A DNA stretch of 64,000 bases from Verrucomicrobia bacterium GWF2_51_19 (lineage in GTDB: Bacteria; Verrucomicrobiota; Verrucomicrobiia; Opitutales; UBA12508), in the NCBI GenBank assembly GCA_001831095.1, contig MIDP01000013.1:2364-66363 (forward strand), read 5' to 3'. Made by a program: the position numbers and the translations under genes. Positions 20,380 through 28,605 of the stretch are shown one piece after another. How positions within the stretch are numbered: position 1 is the first letter of the stretch; each line of letters opens with the position of its first letter. The notes under the pieces were generated by a model. It ran no database searches and had not been told where the DNA came from. It was given only the letters and a program-made list of their open reading frames with translations.

Positions 20380-20759
20380 TTATTTTTTAAGTTGCTTATC
20401 AATCTTCATAATATGATTGACGAGCCAGTCACTGGCGACAGTGAGCAGTTTTATGCTGGCGCCGATTGAGGCGTTATTGACCTCTGCCCGGAGTTGATCG
20501 AGCATCGAGATAAAGATGGCGTGCTGTTTTTTATTTTCTGCGGCGGCCGGGCAATGCATTTTGTCCATCCAAACTTCTTCATCGTGGAAGTGTTTTTTGA
20601 CGTAATTTTCTAAAAAACAAAAATCTCTTTGGTCTTTTCTTTGCCTTTACCTTCCTTCATGAACTGATGAAAGCTATTGATTTGTCGAACGAGTTCTTTG
20701 TGCTGAGTGTCGACAGACTCTACACCTGTCTCGAGAGCGGAGGTCCATTGGATGAGCAT
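20380..20759 (-). pseudogene. Bacteriohemerythrin, split by a 1-nt frameshift in a homopolymer
   Basis: The N-terminal part MLIQWTSALETGVESVDTQHKELV..KEIFVF stops at TAG (20610-20612). The next frame continues LENYVKKHFHDEEVWMDK..WLVNHIMKIDKQLKK, carrying the remaining His/Glu/Asp iron ligands. The shift lies in the A6 run at 20612-20617 (T6 on the coding strand); one extra base would restore a ~126-aa hemerythrin. Confidence 0.8.
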
Positions 20760-20763
20760 AGTT

Positions 20764-21753
20764 TTATTCCTTTTCGATTGTTAGGTATGCCAAAGTTTGA
20801 TTGAGCAACTGGTAAACGATTTCGCCAAAAGTGATTGGACCTACAACGTGGCCGGTCTGTTTCCCTTCGAGTTCGGAATATAGGAAGTTGAGAATGCAAT
20901 TGCAAGAAAAGCAGATCTTTTCCGCTTTATCTTTTGGCATGTGCGTAACAAAGCGCTCGACATAGTTGTCGATTGGCTTGGCTTGCTTGTATTCAACTCC
21001 TTCAAAAAAGGGCGCATAAAAGGTGACCTTACCGCTCTTTCCCTCGACGGATTGAAAGCTGATATTGATACGCGTGCCTGTATAATCGGCGACGAGTGGC
21101 AGGCGAATATCCAGCTTTTTGCTTTTGATGTAGTCCGCAAAGTTGACTTCCTTCCCGTTGACAAAGGCCTTTTCAGTCGTCCAGCCCGAAGAACTGAAGG
21201 TGATGGTATCGCCGTCACCCTGTTCAAAAATATTGACAATACCGACGTCGGCATAAAAGCCTTTGGCGAGCTTACAATGAAAGACGAGGGCTCTATCAGA
21301 TGAAATTTTGCCAGTTTGCCCATCGACCACCTTAGCGGAGACTTTGCCGAGGTCAGATAAGTGCATGCCGGTGATCCACCCCACCAGCGGAACCTTTGCA
21401 AATTGCTTGTAAGCAGCGGCATTCATCGCAAAGCTGAGGTGTACCGGACTGGTTGCCGGAATCACGATCAAGCTAAAGCCGTTATCGTAAGCGTCTTCGT
21501 AGACAGAGGCAATGCTCTTGTCGTCATAAGCTACGATTTTTGCATCCACAACAGTTTTGGGCAATTCCGTAACGAAGATCTCATCGCGACTGACTTTGCC
21601 ACCCTGTTCGGCCATAAAGTATGGAATCGTTCCGCCGATCCACTGCCCTTTTGGCAACTGTGAAAGCATACTTTCGTCAGCAGCAAGGTACAGTTTTTTA
21701 CCAGATTTAATGAGTGAGGCAACGGCTGCTTTTTTATACATAACTTGTTTCAT
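20764..21753 (-). CDS. Conserved-looking hypothetical protein (329 aa), possibly a sensory partner of the hemerythrin
   Basis: Long clean ORF with soluble alpha/beta-like composition. Its stop is 4 nt from the hemerythrin start. I could not recognise a domain with confidence. Confidence 0.65.
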   Translation of the reverse strand: MKQVMYKKAAVASLIKSGKKLYLAADESMLSQLPKGQWIGGTIPYFMAEQGGKVSRDEIFVTELPKTVVDAKIVAYDDKSIASVYEDAYDNGFSLIVIPATSPVHLSFAMNAAAYKQFAKVPLVGWITGMHLSDLGKVSAKVVDGQTGKISSDRALVFHCKLAKGFYADVGIVNIFEQGDGDTITFSSSGWTTEKAFVNGKEVNFADYIKSKKLDIRLPLVADYTGTRINISFQSVEGKSGKVTFYAPFFEGVEYKQAKPIDNYVERFVTHMPKDKAEKICFSCNCILNFLYSELEGKQTGHVVGPITFGEIVYQLLNQTLAYLTIEKE

Positions 21754-21755
21754 GG

Positions 21756-22094
21756 CTATTTCCCTAGAATGAGCGCAATATCGTGTTTCACATCTGGCAA
21801 GCGTTCGTGCTTTTGCAGGAGCTCGGTGAATTCTCGCGTGTATTCTTTTATATTAAGTAGGTTTGGATCTTTCCGCACTTCCATTTTGATTCTCGCTAAA
21901 AGGATATTGAGTGCCAAAAATTTAAATTGCACTTGCCCTTTTCCTTTAAGCAGATCTCTGATGACGGTTTCGGGTATTTCCATGGGGATTTCCGGTTGAC
22001 TTTGCCAAGTATTCCAAAAGAACGGCCTATTGTCAAGCGTACTCAGGCATTTCTTGAAGCCTTTCTGTTTTCTGTTGGCTGTGGGCTGTTTCAC
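21756..22094 (-). CDS. Hypothetical protein (112 aa)
   Basis: This ORF fills the gap between the ankyrin gene (11-nt spacer) and the 329-aa gene (2-nt spacer). No motif recognised. Confidence 0.45.
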   Translation of the reverse strand: MKQPTANRKQKGFKKCLSTLDNRPFFWNTWQSQPEIPMEIPETVIRDLLKGKGQVQFKFLALNILLARIKMEVRKDPNLLNIKEYTREFTELLQKHERLPDVKHDIALILGK

Positions 22095-22105
22095 GGGCCT
22101 GTGAA

Positions 22106-24247
22106 TTAATCGCCAAAAAAGCCCTTAAATAAGCCAAAAAAGCCCTTAAATAAGCCACCCGCTAGATTACCTGGAGCTGCAAGTACTGACGTGATCGTCG
22201 CGGTGTTTTTAACAACGCCATTGACGTTTTCAAGCAAGTCTTTGACTCGTTTTTGATCTTCCTCACCGAGGACGTTTAATACGCCTTGGTTATTGGCTTT
22301 TTCGGTGATGGCCTCTATATTTTTAACGGACGTTTGGAGATCATCGAGAAGGCTCGCCCCCTTTTCGCCGCCCAATAAGCCAATGACACCGTTGTCTTTG
22401 ATAAAATTAACCAATTTTTCAGCTATCTGGATCGAGCTTGAAACCTTTGCGCGCAACTGATTCCAGCCATCTTGAGTCGTATCGACAGTCTTTTTTAAGA
22501 TTTCAGTTACTACTGTTGTGATGTTATTTATATTTTCAGTGACAGATTGGACAAAAAGTTTTTGGGCTTCTTCTGATTTTACGACTTCAAACAGATCTTT
22601 GTCTTTAAATTTTTCTATAATGCTTTTGACGGCTTGAGTACGAAATTGTACGATTTTCCCTTTATCGCCCTCCAACTCTATATTTCGTTCGCATTGTATG
22701 GCTAGCTGATTGTAGAAGATATCGAGTGGTGTGAATTCTTCATTCCCTAATAAAAACAATTCTGGTTTCTTTTCGAGAAATAATTTAAGACTGTCTAAAA
22801 AGACATTACACTCAGTCTCATCTGTAATCCAAGCAGCTTGATGCATGCAGGCGTTTAGAAAAGTCTTTCCGATAGTCTTTCCGGAATCCATCTGTGTATC
22901 TAGGACAGACCAATCGAGCTTTTGCAAAAAACTGCGGAGTTTGTGGAGTGTGCCTTTTTGCAGGAAAGGCAAGATTTTATTAGAATCTGTGGCGCAGAGT
23001 AGTTGTGGATTTTTTTCAATGAGTTTTCCGATAATGCGATCGCCTTCCTCGCCTGTGCTGACCAATAAAGTGGCTAGATGCAGAAGTGTTTTTTCGTTGT
23101 CGATTACTTTCCCATTCTCGTCGACTTTCTCATCGAAACGAGTGTTAATGCCCTCAGGCAAGCGTTCGATAAGCGTGTCGAGAATGGCCATGTGTGCATC
23201 CGTCGCAAAAGCAAACTTCATCCAAAATGCGGCATCCTCCTCATTGGTTATTTTCTCTGGAAGTATGGCCTGAAGCGTTTCCACGTTGCTCGACGCCAAT
23301 GCTATATCGACAAAGGGAGCGATGTCTTTAGGCATTACATTTTTATTAACCAACATGGCTTTAACGAGGTCAACGTTTCCAGTGCTGATGGCCACTGCCA
23401 TGGCACTGTCGCCTGGAAGTTGAAGGCCAACATCCGCGTTTTTATCGAGTAACAACAGCGCCACTTTGGTATTGCAAAGGGCCGTAGCGGTGTAGAGTGG
23501 CGTAAAGCCATCCTTGGATGTCGCATGGATATTGACTCCTTTTGCGAGCAAACAATTGAATAACGCTTTAGTCTTGTCGTTTTCTGTGTCGTTTTCTGGA
23601 AGGCAACAAAGGAGGTGAATAGGCGCAAAGCCTTTCTCGTCTTGTTCTGACAAGATATCCTTGTCCAATGCATCTAGAAATGACACATTACCAGCTTCTA
23701 TAGCCTTGTGGGCGAGCGTTTTACGTTCTGAATCGTTGGCGTTTTCAACGATGGCATTGACTATCTTAGGATCTATGCTGGTGTTCTTCAAACACGCGTT
23801 GATAGCGCTCTCGAAAGAGAATACCTTTTGTTGTTCCGGTGTCATCGAACCACGTTTTTCTAAAACCTTTTTAGCAAGTTCCGAATCATTCTCTTTTATA
23901 GCGAAGTCGAGAAAGGCGGAATTTACATAGCCTGCATCCAGGGCTTTTTCGATGAACTTTTTGGAAAGGTTGTGTTGACTGATCGCGCCCAAAATGCCTT
24001 TTTCGATCACGTCGCCCGACCGTACTTTACGCCGGCTGATGGGCGTCATCGCTGCATCCGAAGTGACGATGGCCGACCAGCCTTTCGCGCGTGCGTAGAG
24101 GTTAAATATGGCATTGGCCATCCAATTTCCCTTATCTCGCACGATGACGATGGATCGCTTGTTGTCTAAAAAGCAGACCTTTTCTTTGGCCAACAAATTT
24201 TCCTGAATGGTACCAAAATTCTCAGGGGTTTGGTCGAGTTTTAACAT
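22106..24247 (-). CDS. Ankyrin-repeat protein (713 aa) with a helical C-terminal region and a duplicated GLFKGFF tail
   Basis: Ankyrin consensus segments (GFAPIHLLC..LLAKGVNIHATSKDGFTPLYTATA..LLLDKNADV..GDSAMAVAISTGNVDLVKAML). AAGGAG Shine-Dalgarno 7 nt before the ATG, which lies 12 nt after the rpoN stop. Visibly more A/T-rich than the flanking genes. Confidence 0.85.
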   Translation of the reverse strand: MLKLDQTPENFGTIQENLLAKEKVCFLDNKRSIVIVRDKGNWMANAIFNLYARAKGWSAIVTSDAAMTPISRRKVRSGDVIEKGILGAISQHNLSKKFIEKALDAGYVNSAFLDFAIKENDSELAKKVLEKRGSMTPEQQKVFSFESAINACLKNTSIDPKIVNAIVENANDSERKTLAHKAIEAGNVSFLDALDKDILSEQDEKGFAPIHLLCCLPENDTENDKTKALFNCLLAKGVNIHATSKDGFTPLYTATALCNTKVALLLLDKNADVGLQLPGDSAMAVAISTGNVDLVKAMLVNKNVMPKDIAPFVDIALASSNVETLQAILPEKITNEEDAAFWMKFAFATDAHMAILDTLIERLPEGINTRFDEKVDENGKVIDNEKTLLHLATLLVSTGEEGDRIIGKLIEKNPQLLCATDSNKILPFLQKGTLHKLRSFLQKLDWSVLDTQMDSGKTIGKTFLNACMHQAAWITDETECNVFLDSLKLFLEKKPELFLLGNEEFTPLDIFYNQLAIQCERNIELEGDKGKIVQFRTQAVKSIIEKFKDKDLFEVVKSEEAQKLFVQSVTENINNITTVVTEILKKTVDTTQDGWNQLRAKVSSSIQIAEKLVNFIKDNGVIGLLGGEKGASLLDDLQTSVKNIEAITEKANNQGVLNVLGEEDQKRVKDLLENVNGVVKNTATITSVLAAPGNLAGGLFKGFFGLFKGFFGD
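22112..22153 (-). repeat. Perfect 21-bp tandem duplication encoding LFKGFFG x2 at the C-terminus of the ankyrin protein
   Basis: gccaaaaaagcccttaaataa x2, read directly. Confidence 0.95.
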
Positions 24248-24259
24248 AGTGTTTCTCCT

Positions 24260-25714
24260 TTAAAAGCGACGGCGGAGGTGTGTCGGCAGGATATTGAGCT
24301 CTTCGCGGTACTTGGCGACAGTGCGGCGCGCAACGTGAATGTTTTCAGCAGCGAGTGCATCGGAAATCGCCTGATCGCTGATGGGCTTTTTGCGATCTTC
24401 TGTTTCAATGAGCAGCTCAACTTTCTCCTTAACGCTGCGGTTCGAGAGCGACTTACCTTTGTCGATATCGATGAAGCCAGAGGTAAAGAAATAGCGCAAT
24501 TCGAAAGTGCCGTGGGGCGTCTCGACATACTTGTTTGCGATGGCGCGGCTGACGGTAGTCTCGTGGACGCCTATAAGGTCCGCCACGCTACTCATTGTGA
24601 GTGGTTTGAGCTTCGCCGTGCCGTGTTCAAAAAAGTCGTATTGGAAGTCCAAGAGGGCATGGGCGATATTTTGCAAGGTTTCCTGACGCTGGTGAATGGC
24701 GTTGATGAGGAATTTTCCCGAACGGATCTTGTTGCGGATGTAGTCTCTTTCGCTCTCGGAAATCTTTTCCTGAGCCATCAACTCCTTGTAACTGCGGCTG
24801 ATCCGAAGACGTGGAATGAACTCGCTGTTGGAGCGTACAACCCAGCGGTCGTTGTCTTTATAAATGGTCATGTCGGCGACGATCACCTGGTTGTTGATGG
24901 CCCCAAAGCGACGAGCCGGGGCGGGATCGAGGTGGGAAATGTCTTCAATGGCGTCCTGAATGGCGTTCATCGAGATAGAAAGCGCATGGGCCAACTCTGG
25001 CACGCGTCGACGCAAGAGGAGCGTGTAGTGATCCCTCAAAATCTTGTAGGCGATGCTGTCACGCAAACCCTTGTGGTCCAGCTGCATCAACAGACATTCC
25101 TGTAGGTTTTGCGCGCCGATACCGATTGGCTCCAACTTTTTCAGTGCCGCAACGGCCTCCCTAACAACCTCAACGTCAGCCGCATTTGCCTCAGCTATTT
25201 CCTCGATTGTAGCCGTCAAAAAGCCGTTATTGTCGAGACTGCCGAGCAAGTAAGGCAGGACCGCACGCACGGGTTCAGAATAATCTGTAAACTTCACCTG
25301 CTCCATGAGGAAGTCTTCTAGCGAGGCCTCGGAAGCAACCGAGTCTAACAGGTGTTGGTGGCGCAGGCCGTCTTCGCGCGAAAATGAATAATTGGAGCTC
25401 TGTTCGGCAAAGTACTCATTCCAGTCGCGGTCCAACTTGGCGAGCGTTGCATATTCTTTATCAAAGTTAACCTCGTTGTTTTCCTCATTCACAGTCTGGT
25501 CAAATGGAGAGGTCTCTTTAGGCGTCTCTTCTTCGAGACTGATGCCGAGCATGGGAAGTTCCTCGAGGGCCGGATTGGTTTGCAGCTCTTCTAAAATCGT
25601 ACTGCGCAACTCGAGAGTTGGTACCTGGAGAATTTTCAACGACTGACGCAGCTGAGGCGCCAGTATTTGCGTCTGGATTTGCGTCTGGAGTAATTCTGGA
25701 TCCGTCGTTTGCAT
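24260..25714 (-). CDS. rpoN: RNA polymerase sigma-54 factor
   Basis: Gln/Leu-rich region I (LQTQIQTQILAPQLRQSLKILQ), a core-binding region and the C-terminal RpoN box (ARRTVAKYRE). Confidence 0.95.
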   Translation of the reverse strand: MQTTDPELLQTQIQTQILAPQLRQSLKILQVPTLELRSTILEELQTNPALEELPMLGISLEEETPKETSPFDQTVNEENNEVNFDKEYATLAKLDRDWNEYFAEQSSNYSFSREDGLRHQHLLDSVASEASLEDFLMEQVKFTDYSEPVRAVLPYLLGSLDNNGFLTATIEEIAEANAADVEVVREAVAALKKLEPIGIGAQNLQECLLMQLDHKGLRDSIAYKILRDHYTLLLRRRVPELAHALSISMNAIQDAIEDISHLDPAPARRFGAINNQVIVADMTIYKDNDRWVVRSNSEFIPRLRISRSYKELMAQEKISESERDYIRNKIRSGKFLINAIHQRQETLQNIAHALLDFQYDFFEHGTAKLKPLTMSSVADLIGVHETTVSRAIANKYVETPHGTFELRYFFTSGFIDIDKGKSLSNRSVKEKVELLIETEDRKKPISDQAISDALAAENIHVARRTVAKYREELNILPTHLRRRF

Positions 25715-25718
25715 TTAT

Positions 25719-25842
25719 AAAGACCATTGAAAAATGCCTTATAGCGGCGTTCTCGTCGTTCGGGCTAAGTCACCTACCTTAAGTAGGCTCCTGTCGCCCT
25801 CGCTCCTCGGGCCTTGCTATAAGCCATTTTTCAACGGTCTTT
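25719..25842 (-). repeat. Family A element, copy A3 (inverted)
   Basis: The outer arms aaagaccattgaaaaatgcc / gccatttttcaacggtcttt pair with two mismatches. The core is the reverse complement of A1/A2 with the cctac..gtagg central hairpin. The element begins 5 nt from the rpoN ATG. Confidence 0.9.
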
Positions 25843-25857
25843 CCTTTCTTTAAAATA

Positions 25858-26838
25858 TCATATCATATCGGAACGCGTGGTCAGCCCGCTGGCCTTGTAC
25901 TTTTCAGGACTGATGTAATCCTTCAGGTATTCAGCCAATTTTTCATTGGTCGGGCCATAACCATCGCCGTAAATGTAGAGCTCGAGCGCGTTGAGCATTT
26001 CTTCTGCATTCTGATAACGCTCTTCGCGGTCGCGCGTCAAGGCTTTTTTCAAAATCACGTGGAGGCGATCATCGATCTCTGGGCGCACCTTCGGATAGTC
26101 CGGCAGAGGTTTTTCCAAAATATTTTGAATGGTCTGTTCAGGATCCTCATCGGCAAATATGTTTTCACCCAATAACAGCTCTGAGAGTACAATGCCGCAT
26201 GGAAAGATGTCGGCCCGCTCGTCCGTGATCTCTCGCCGCGCCTGTTCTGGAGACAGGTACTCATCTTTACCAGCAATCACCTTGCCTTCCTTGTTGTACA
26301 TCAAGTTGAGGGCCTTGGCTATGCCGAAATCGGTGAGCTTGACGTCGCCCTCCAAGCTGAGCATGATGTTTTTGGGGTTGACGTCGCGGTGGACGATGCC
26401 GAGAAGCTCTCCGTTGGTATTGCGTTTTTTGTGCGCGTAAGCCAGGCCGCGGCAGAGTCTCGAAACGATAAAGACAGCGATGTCAATGGGCACTCGGGCC
26501 TTTTTTTCCAGATGAAAGACCATAAACTCGTCCAAGTTGATCCCGTTAACGTACTCCATGACCATGAAATACTGCTGTTCGGTGTTTTTCCCGAGGTTGT
26601 AAATCTGGACGATATTGGTGTGGATCAAGTCTGCAACGAGCTTTCCCTCTCCAATAAAATTGTCGCGGAAGGGCTTGATGGACGAAAATTCTTCCCGAAT
26701 GACTTTGAGCGCCACCGTCTTTTCAAACAAGCCGGCCCCACGCTGAATCGCTTTGTAGACGGAGCCCATGCCGCCCTCTGCAATCAATTCGAGAATTTCG
26801 TACTCAACCGTATTGCTGAATTGGAAACCAACATTCAT
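25858..26838 (-). CDS. Hanks-type Ser/Thr protein kinase (kinase domain only)
   Basis: Gly-loop GGMGSVY, VALKVI, catalytic loop HRDVNPKN (Asn at the usual Lys position), DFG and SPE motifs. No TM helix or sensor domain. Confidence 0.9.
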   Translation of the reverse strand: MNVGFQFSNTVEYEILELIAEGGMGSVYKAIQRGAGLFEKTVALKVIREEFSSIKPFRDNFIGEGKLVADLIHTNIVQIYNLGKNTEQQYFMVMEYVNGINLDEFMVFHLEKKARVPIDIAVFIVSRLCRGLAYAHKKRNTNGELLGIVHRDVNPKNIMLSLEGDVKLTDFGIAKALNLMYNKEGKVIAGKDEYLSPEQARREITDERADIFPCGIVLSELLLGENIFADEDPEQTIQNILEKPLPDYPKVRPEIDDRLHVILKKALTRDREERYQNAEEMLNALELYIYGDGYGPTNEKLAEYLKDYISPEKYKASGLTTRSDMI

Positions 26839-26843
26839 GATAT

Positions 26844-26871
26844 AAAGACGGCACTGAAAATGGCCTCTAGC
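26844..26871 (-). repeat. Family A end-fragment
   Basis: aaagacggcactgaaaatggcctctagc matches one terminal arm plus the first core bases. It lies 6 nt upstream of the kinase ATG. Confidence 0.6.
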
Positions 26872-26979
26872 TCTTTGATGAATTAAAAGAGTGATTTTGA
26901 ATCAAAACTAATTTGATCTTTCTTCAGAATCGCTCATACTATTGAGAATAGCTATTTTAAAACAAAGATCAAGGAGCTT

Positions 26980-27678
26980 ATGCACAAAGTCAAAAAAAGT
27001 TTTAAGGTGTCCTCTTTTCAACTGTTGAACGCGATCGAAAAGTCGGTCATGGACGACATCCTCCTCGATCCCCATTTCGCCATTGGGAGGTTTGAATGCC
27101 AACGCATGGTGAACTTTGGCGAGGACGAGGCCAAGGCCACATTTATTTTTACTCCCGATGGCAGTACAGAGTGCGACACGATTGGAGAAATGCAGATCGA
27201 ATGCCTCGCAAAGGAGCAATACGAGTACGTCTACGAGGTGCGGCTCGCATTCTTCAAAATCGACAAACAGAAGCAAATTTCCATGTTGCTCTCTTCAGAC
27301 GAGTCAATTGACACTGAAGTCTTTAAAGTGGCCACAAACGTCAAAAGCTTTATCGCCAAGAGCTTTGCCGATCAAATTGGCGAAGTGATTATTCCAGACT
27401 TTTCAGCGCCCGTCGAGGACCTTTCCAATTTTGACCCAACAGCTAAACCGACTACACCCGCGGCCAAGAAGTTTTCTGTCCACACGCGTCCAGAAGACCT
27501 ACTCAAGGGCCTCGACGATGCGCCACCGGCTCAATCTGCACCGACAGTCGCCGCGGATGAAGACTTTGTGAAGAGCCTCCAGGCACAGTTGAATCAACCA
27601 ACAGCGCCGGCCGCGGATGAGGATTTCGTAAAAAGTCTGCAAGCAGAGATCAGCGGCCAACCCAAGGCAACTGAGTGA
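26980..27678 (+). CDS. Hypothetical protein (232 aa) with a duplicated AADEDFVKSLQA peptide motif
   Basis: GGAG Shine-Dalgarno before the ATG. Globular N-terminal ~140 aa, then a Pro/Ala-rich tail carrying two motif copies. 4-nt overlap with the next gene. Confidence 0.6.
   Translation: MHKVKKSFKVSSFQLLNAIEKSVMDDILLDPHFAIGRFECQRMVNFGEDEAKATFIFTPDGSTECDTIGEMQIECLAKEQYEYVYEVRLAFFKIDKQKQISMLLSSDESIDTEVFKVATNVKSFIAKSFADQIGEVIIPDFSAPVEDLSNFDPTAKPTTPAAKKFSVHTRPEDLLKGLDDAPPAQSAPTVAADEDFVKSLQAQLNQPTAPAADEDFVKSLQAEISGQPKATE
27550..27648 (+). repeat. Two 39-nt copies encoding AADEDFVKSLQAQ/E, differing almost only at synonymous sites
   Basis: Copy 1 at 27550-27588 and copy 2 at 27610-27648. Differences: gaa/gag, gac/gat, ttt/ttc, gtg/gta, aag/aaa, agc/agt, ctc/ctg, cag/caa. 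Confidence 0.85.
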
Positions 27679-28472
27679 CAGCTATGATTCCCTCCAAGCA
27701 GCACATTTCGACGATTGCCAAAAAGATTGCGCAAAAAAAAGGCCTCGACCTCGCTAGCCTCAAAGGGACGGGCCCAGCTGGCCGCATTCTCCGCACAGAC
27801 GTCGAAAAGATGGCCCTGCCGAACAGCATTCTTTTACCTCAACACACTCACATGGAACCCTGTTTTTACCTCACAATCGACGTCGCTTGCGAAGAGCTTC
27901 TCGCCTTTCAAGCCAAAGTGAACCAAAAGCTGGCGGACTCGGAAAAGATCACTCTGCCAGAATGCGTCCTAAAGGCAGCAGCAGTGGCGCTCGCCGATGT
28001 TAGCGAAATCAACCCTTCGCCCGACAATGGAGTCAACATTCGGTGGATCAATCGCTCAACAACTGCCGTCATCGACGGCGCTGACAAGAAGTCACTGCGG
28101 ACGCTCAGCCTAGAAGCTAAAGATTTGGCAAAGATCAACACAGCGCCATTTAAGGCAAGCGAGTTACTGAGCAAAACGACAGCAGAGGTCATTGGCAAAA
28201 CGGCTGTTGATGTACTCTTTAAATCCAATGAGTTAATTGCAGGGTTGTCCATTCGCGTCTGGGACTTTCCCAACATCAACGCCTTTTTCACTCCACCTAA
28301 CACACTATCGATCGGAGCCCTTCAATCGCGCCCGGTAGTCAAAAACAACACCGTACAGCCAGGGAACGTCCTAACACTGGGCTTTACAGGTGACACCAAC
28401 ACAGCCGCAGCCGCACGCTTCCTCAGCAAGATCAAGTCGCTCCTCGAAAACCCAATCGAAATGCTGCTGTGA
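27675..28472 (+). CDS. Degenerate 2-oxoacid dehydrogenase E2-like protein (E3-binding domain + acyltransferase-like core, no lipoyl domain)
   Basis: The peripheral-subunit-binding motif is IAKKIAQKKGLDLASLKGTGPAGRILRTDVEK. The C-terminal end ..LTLGFTGDTNTAAAARFLSKIKSLLENPIEMLL aligns with the E2 ..DHRxxDG..FL..LK..LE.P..LL segment, but the Asp-His-Arg residues are replaced. Confidence 0.7.
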   Translation: MTAMIPSKQHISTIAKKIAQKKGLDLASLKGTGPAGRILRTDVEKMALPNSILLPQHTHMEPCFYLTIDVACEELLAFQAKVNQKLADSEKITLPECVLKAAAVALADVSEINPSPDNGVNIRWINRSTTAVIDGADKKSLRTLSLEAKDLAKINTAPFKASELLSKTTAEVIGKTAVDVLFKSNELIAGLSIRVWDFPNINAFFTPPNTLSIGALQSRPVVKNNTVQPGNVLTLGFTGDTNTAAAARFLSKIKSLLENPIEMLL

Positions 28473-28605
28473 TATGCTGCTGTGATAAAGATTATTCCAA
28501 TCCTTAGGGCCACCAGAACTTCACGTTAAAACTTGTTTTGCTAGAGGAATGAGAAAGGTATAACTTTTTTTCAAAAATTGACTTAACAAAAGGCATCTTT
28601 TATGT

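Noticed and set aside
25858-26838. Ser/Thr kinase as a pseudokinase, because the catalytic loop reads HRDVNPKN instead of HRDxKxxN.
   Set aside because: The catalytic Asp, the Asn, the DFG motif, the VAxK lysine and the Gly-loop are all present. A Lys occurs two positions later in the loop. Inactivity cannot be inferred from one substitution.
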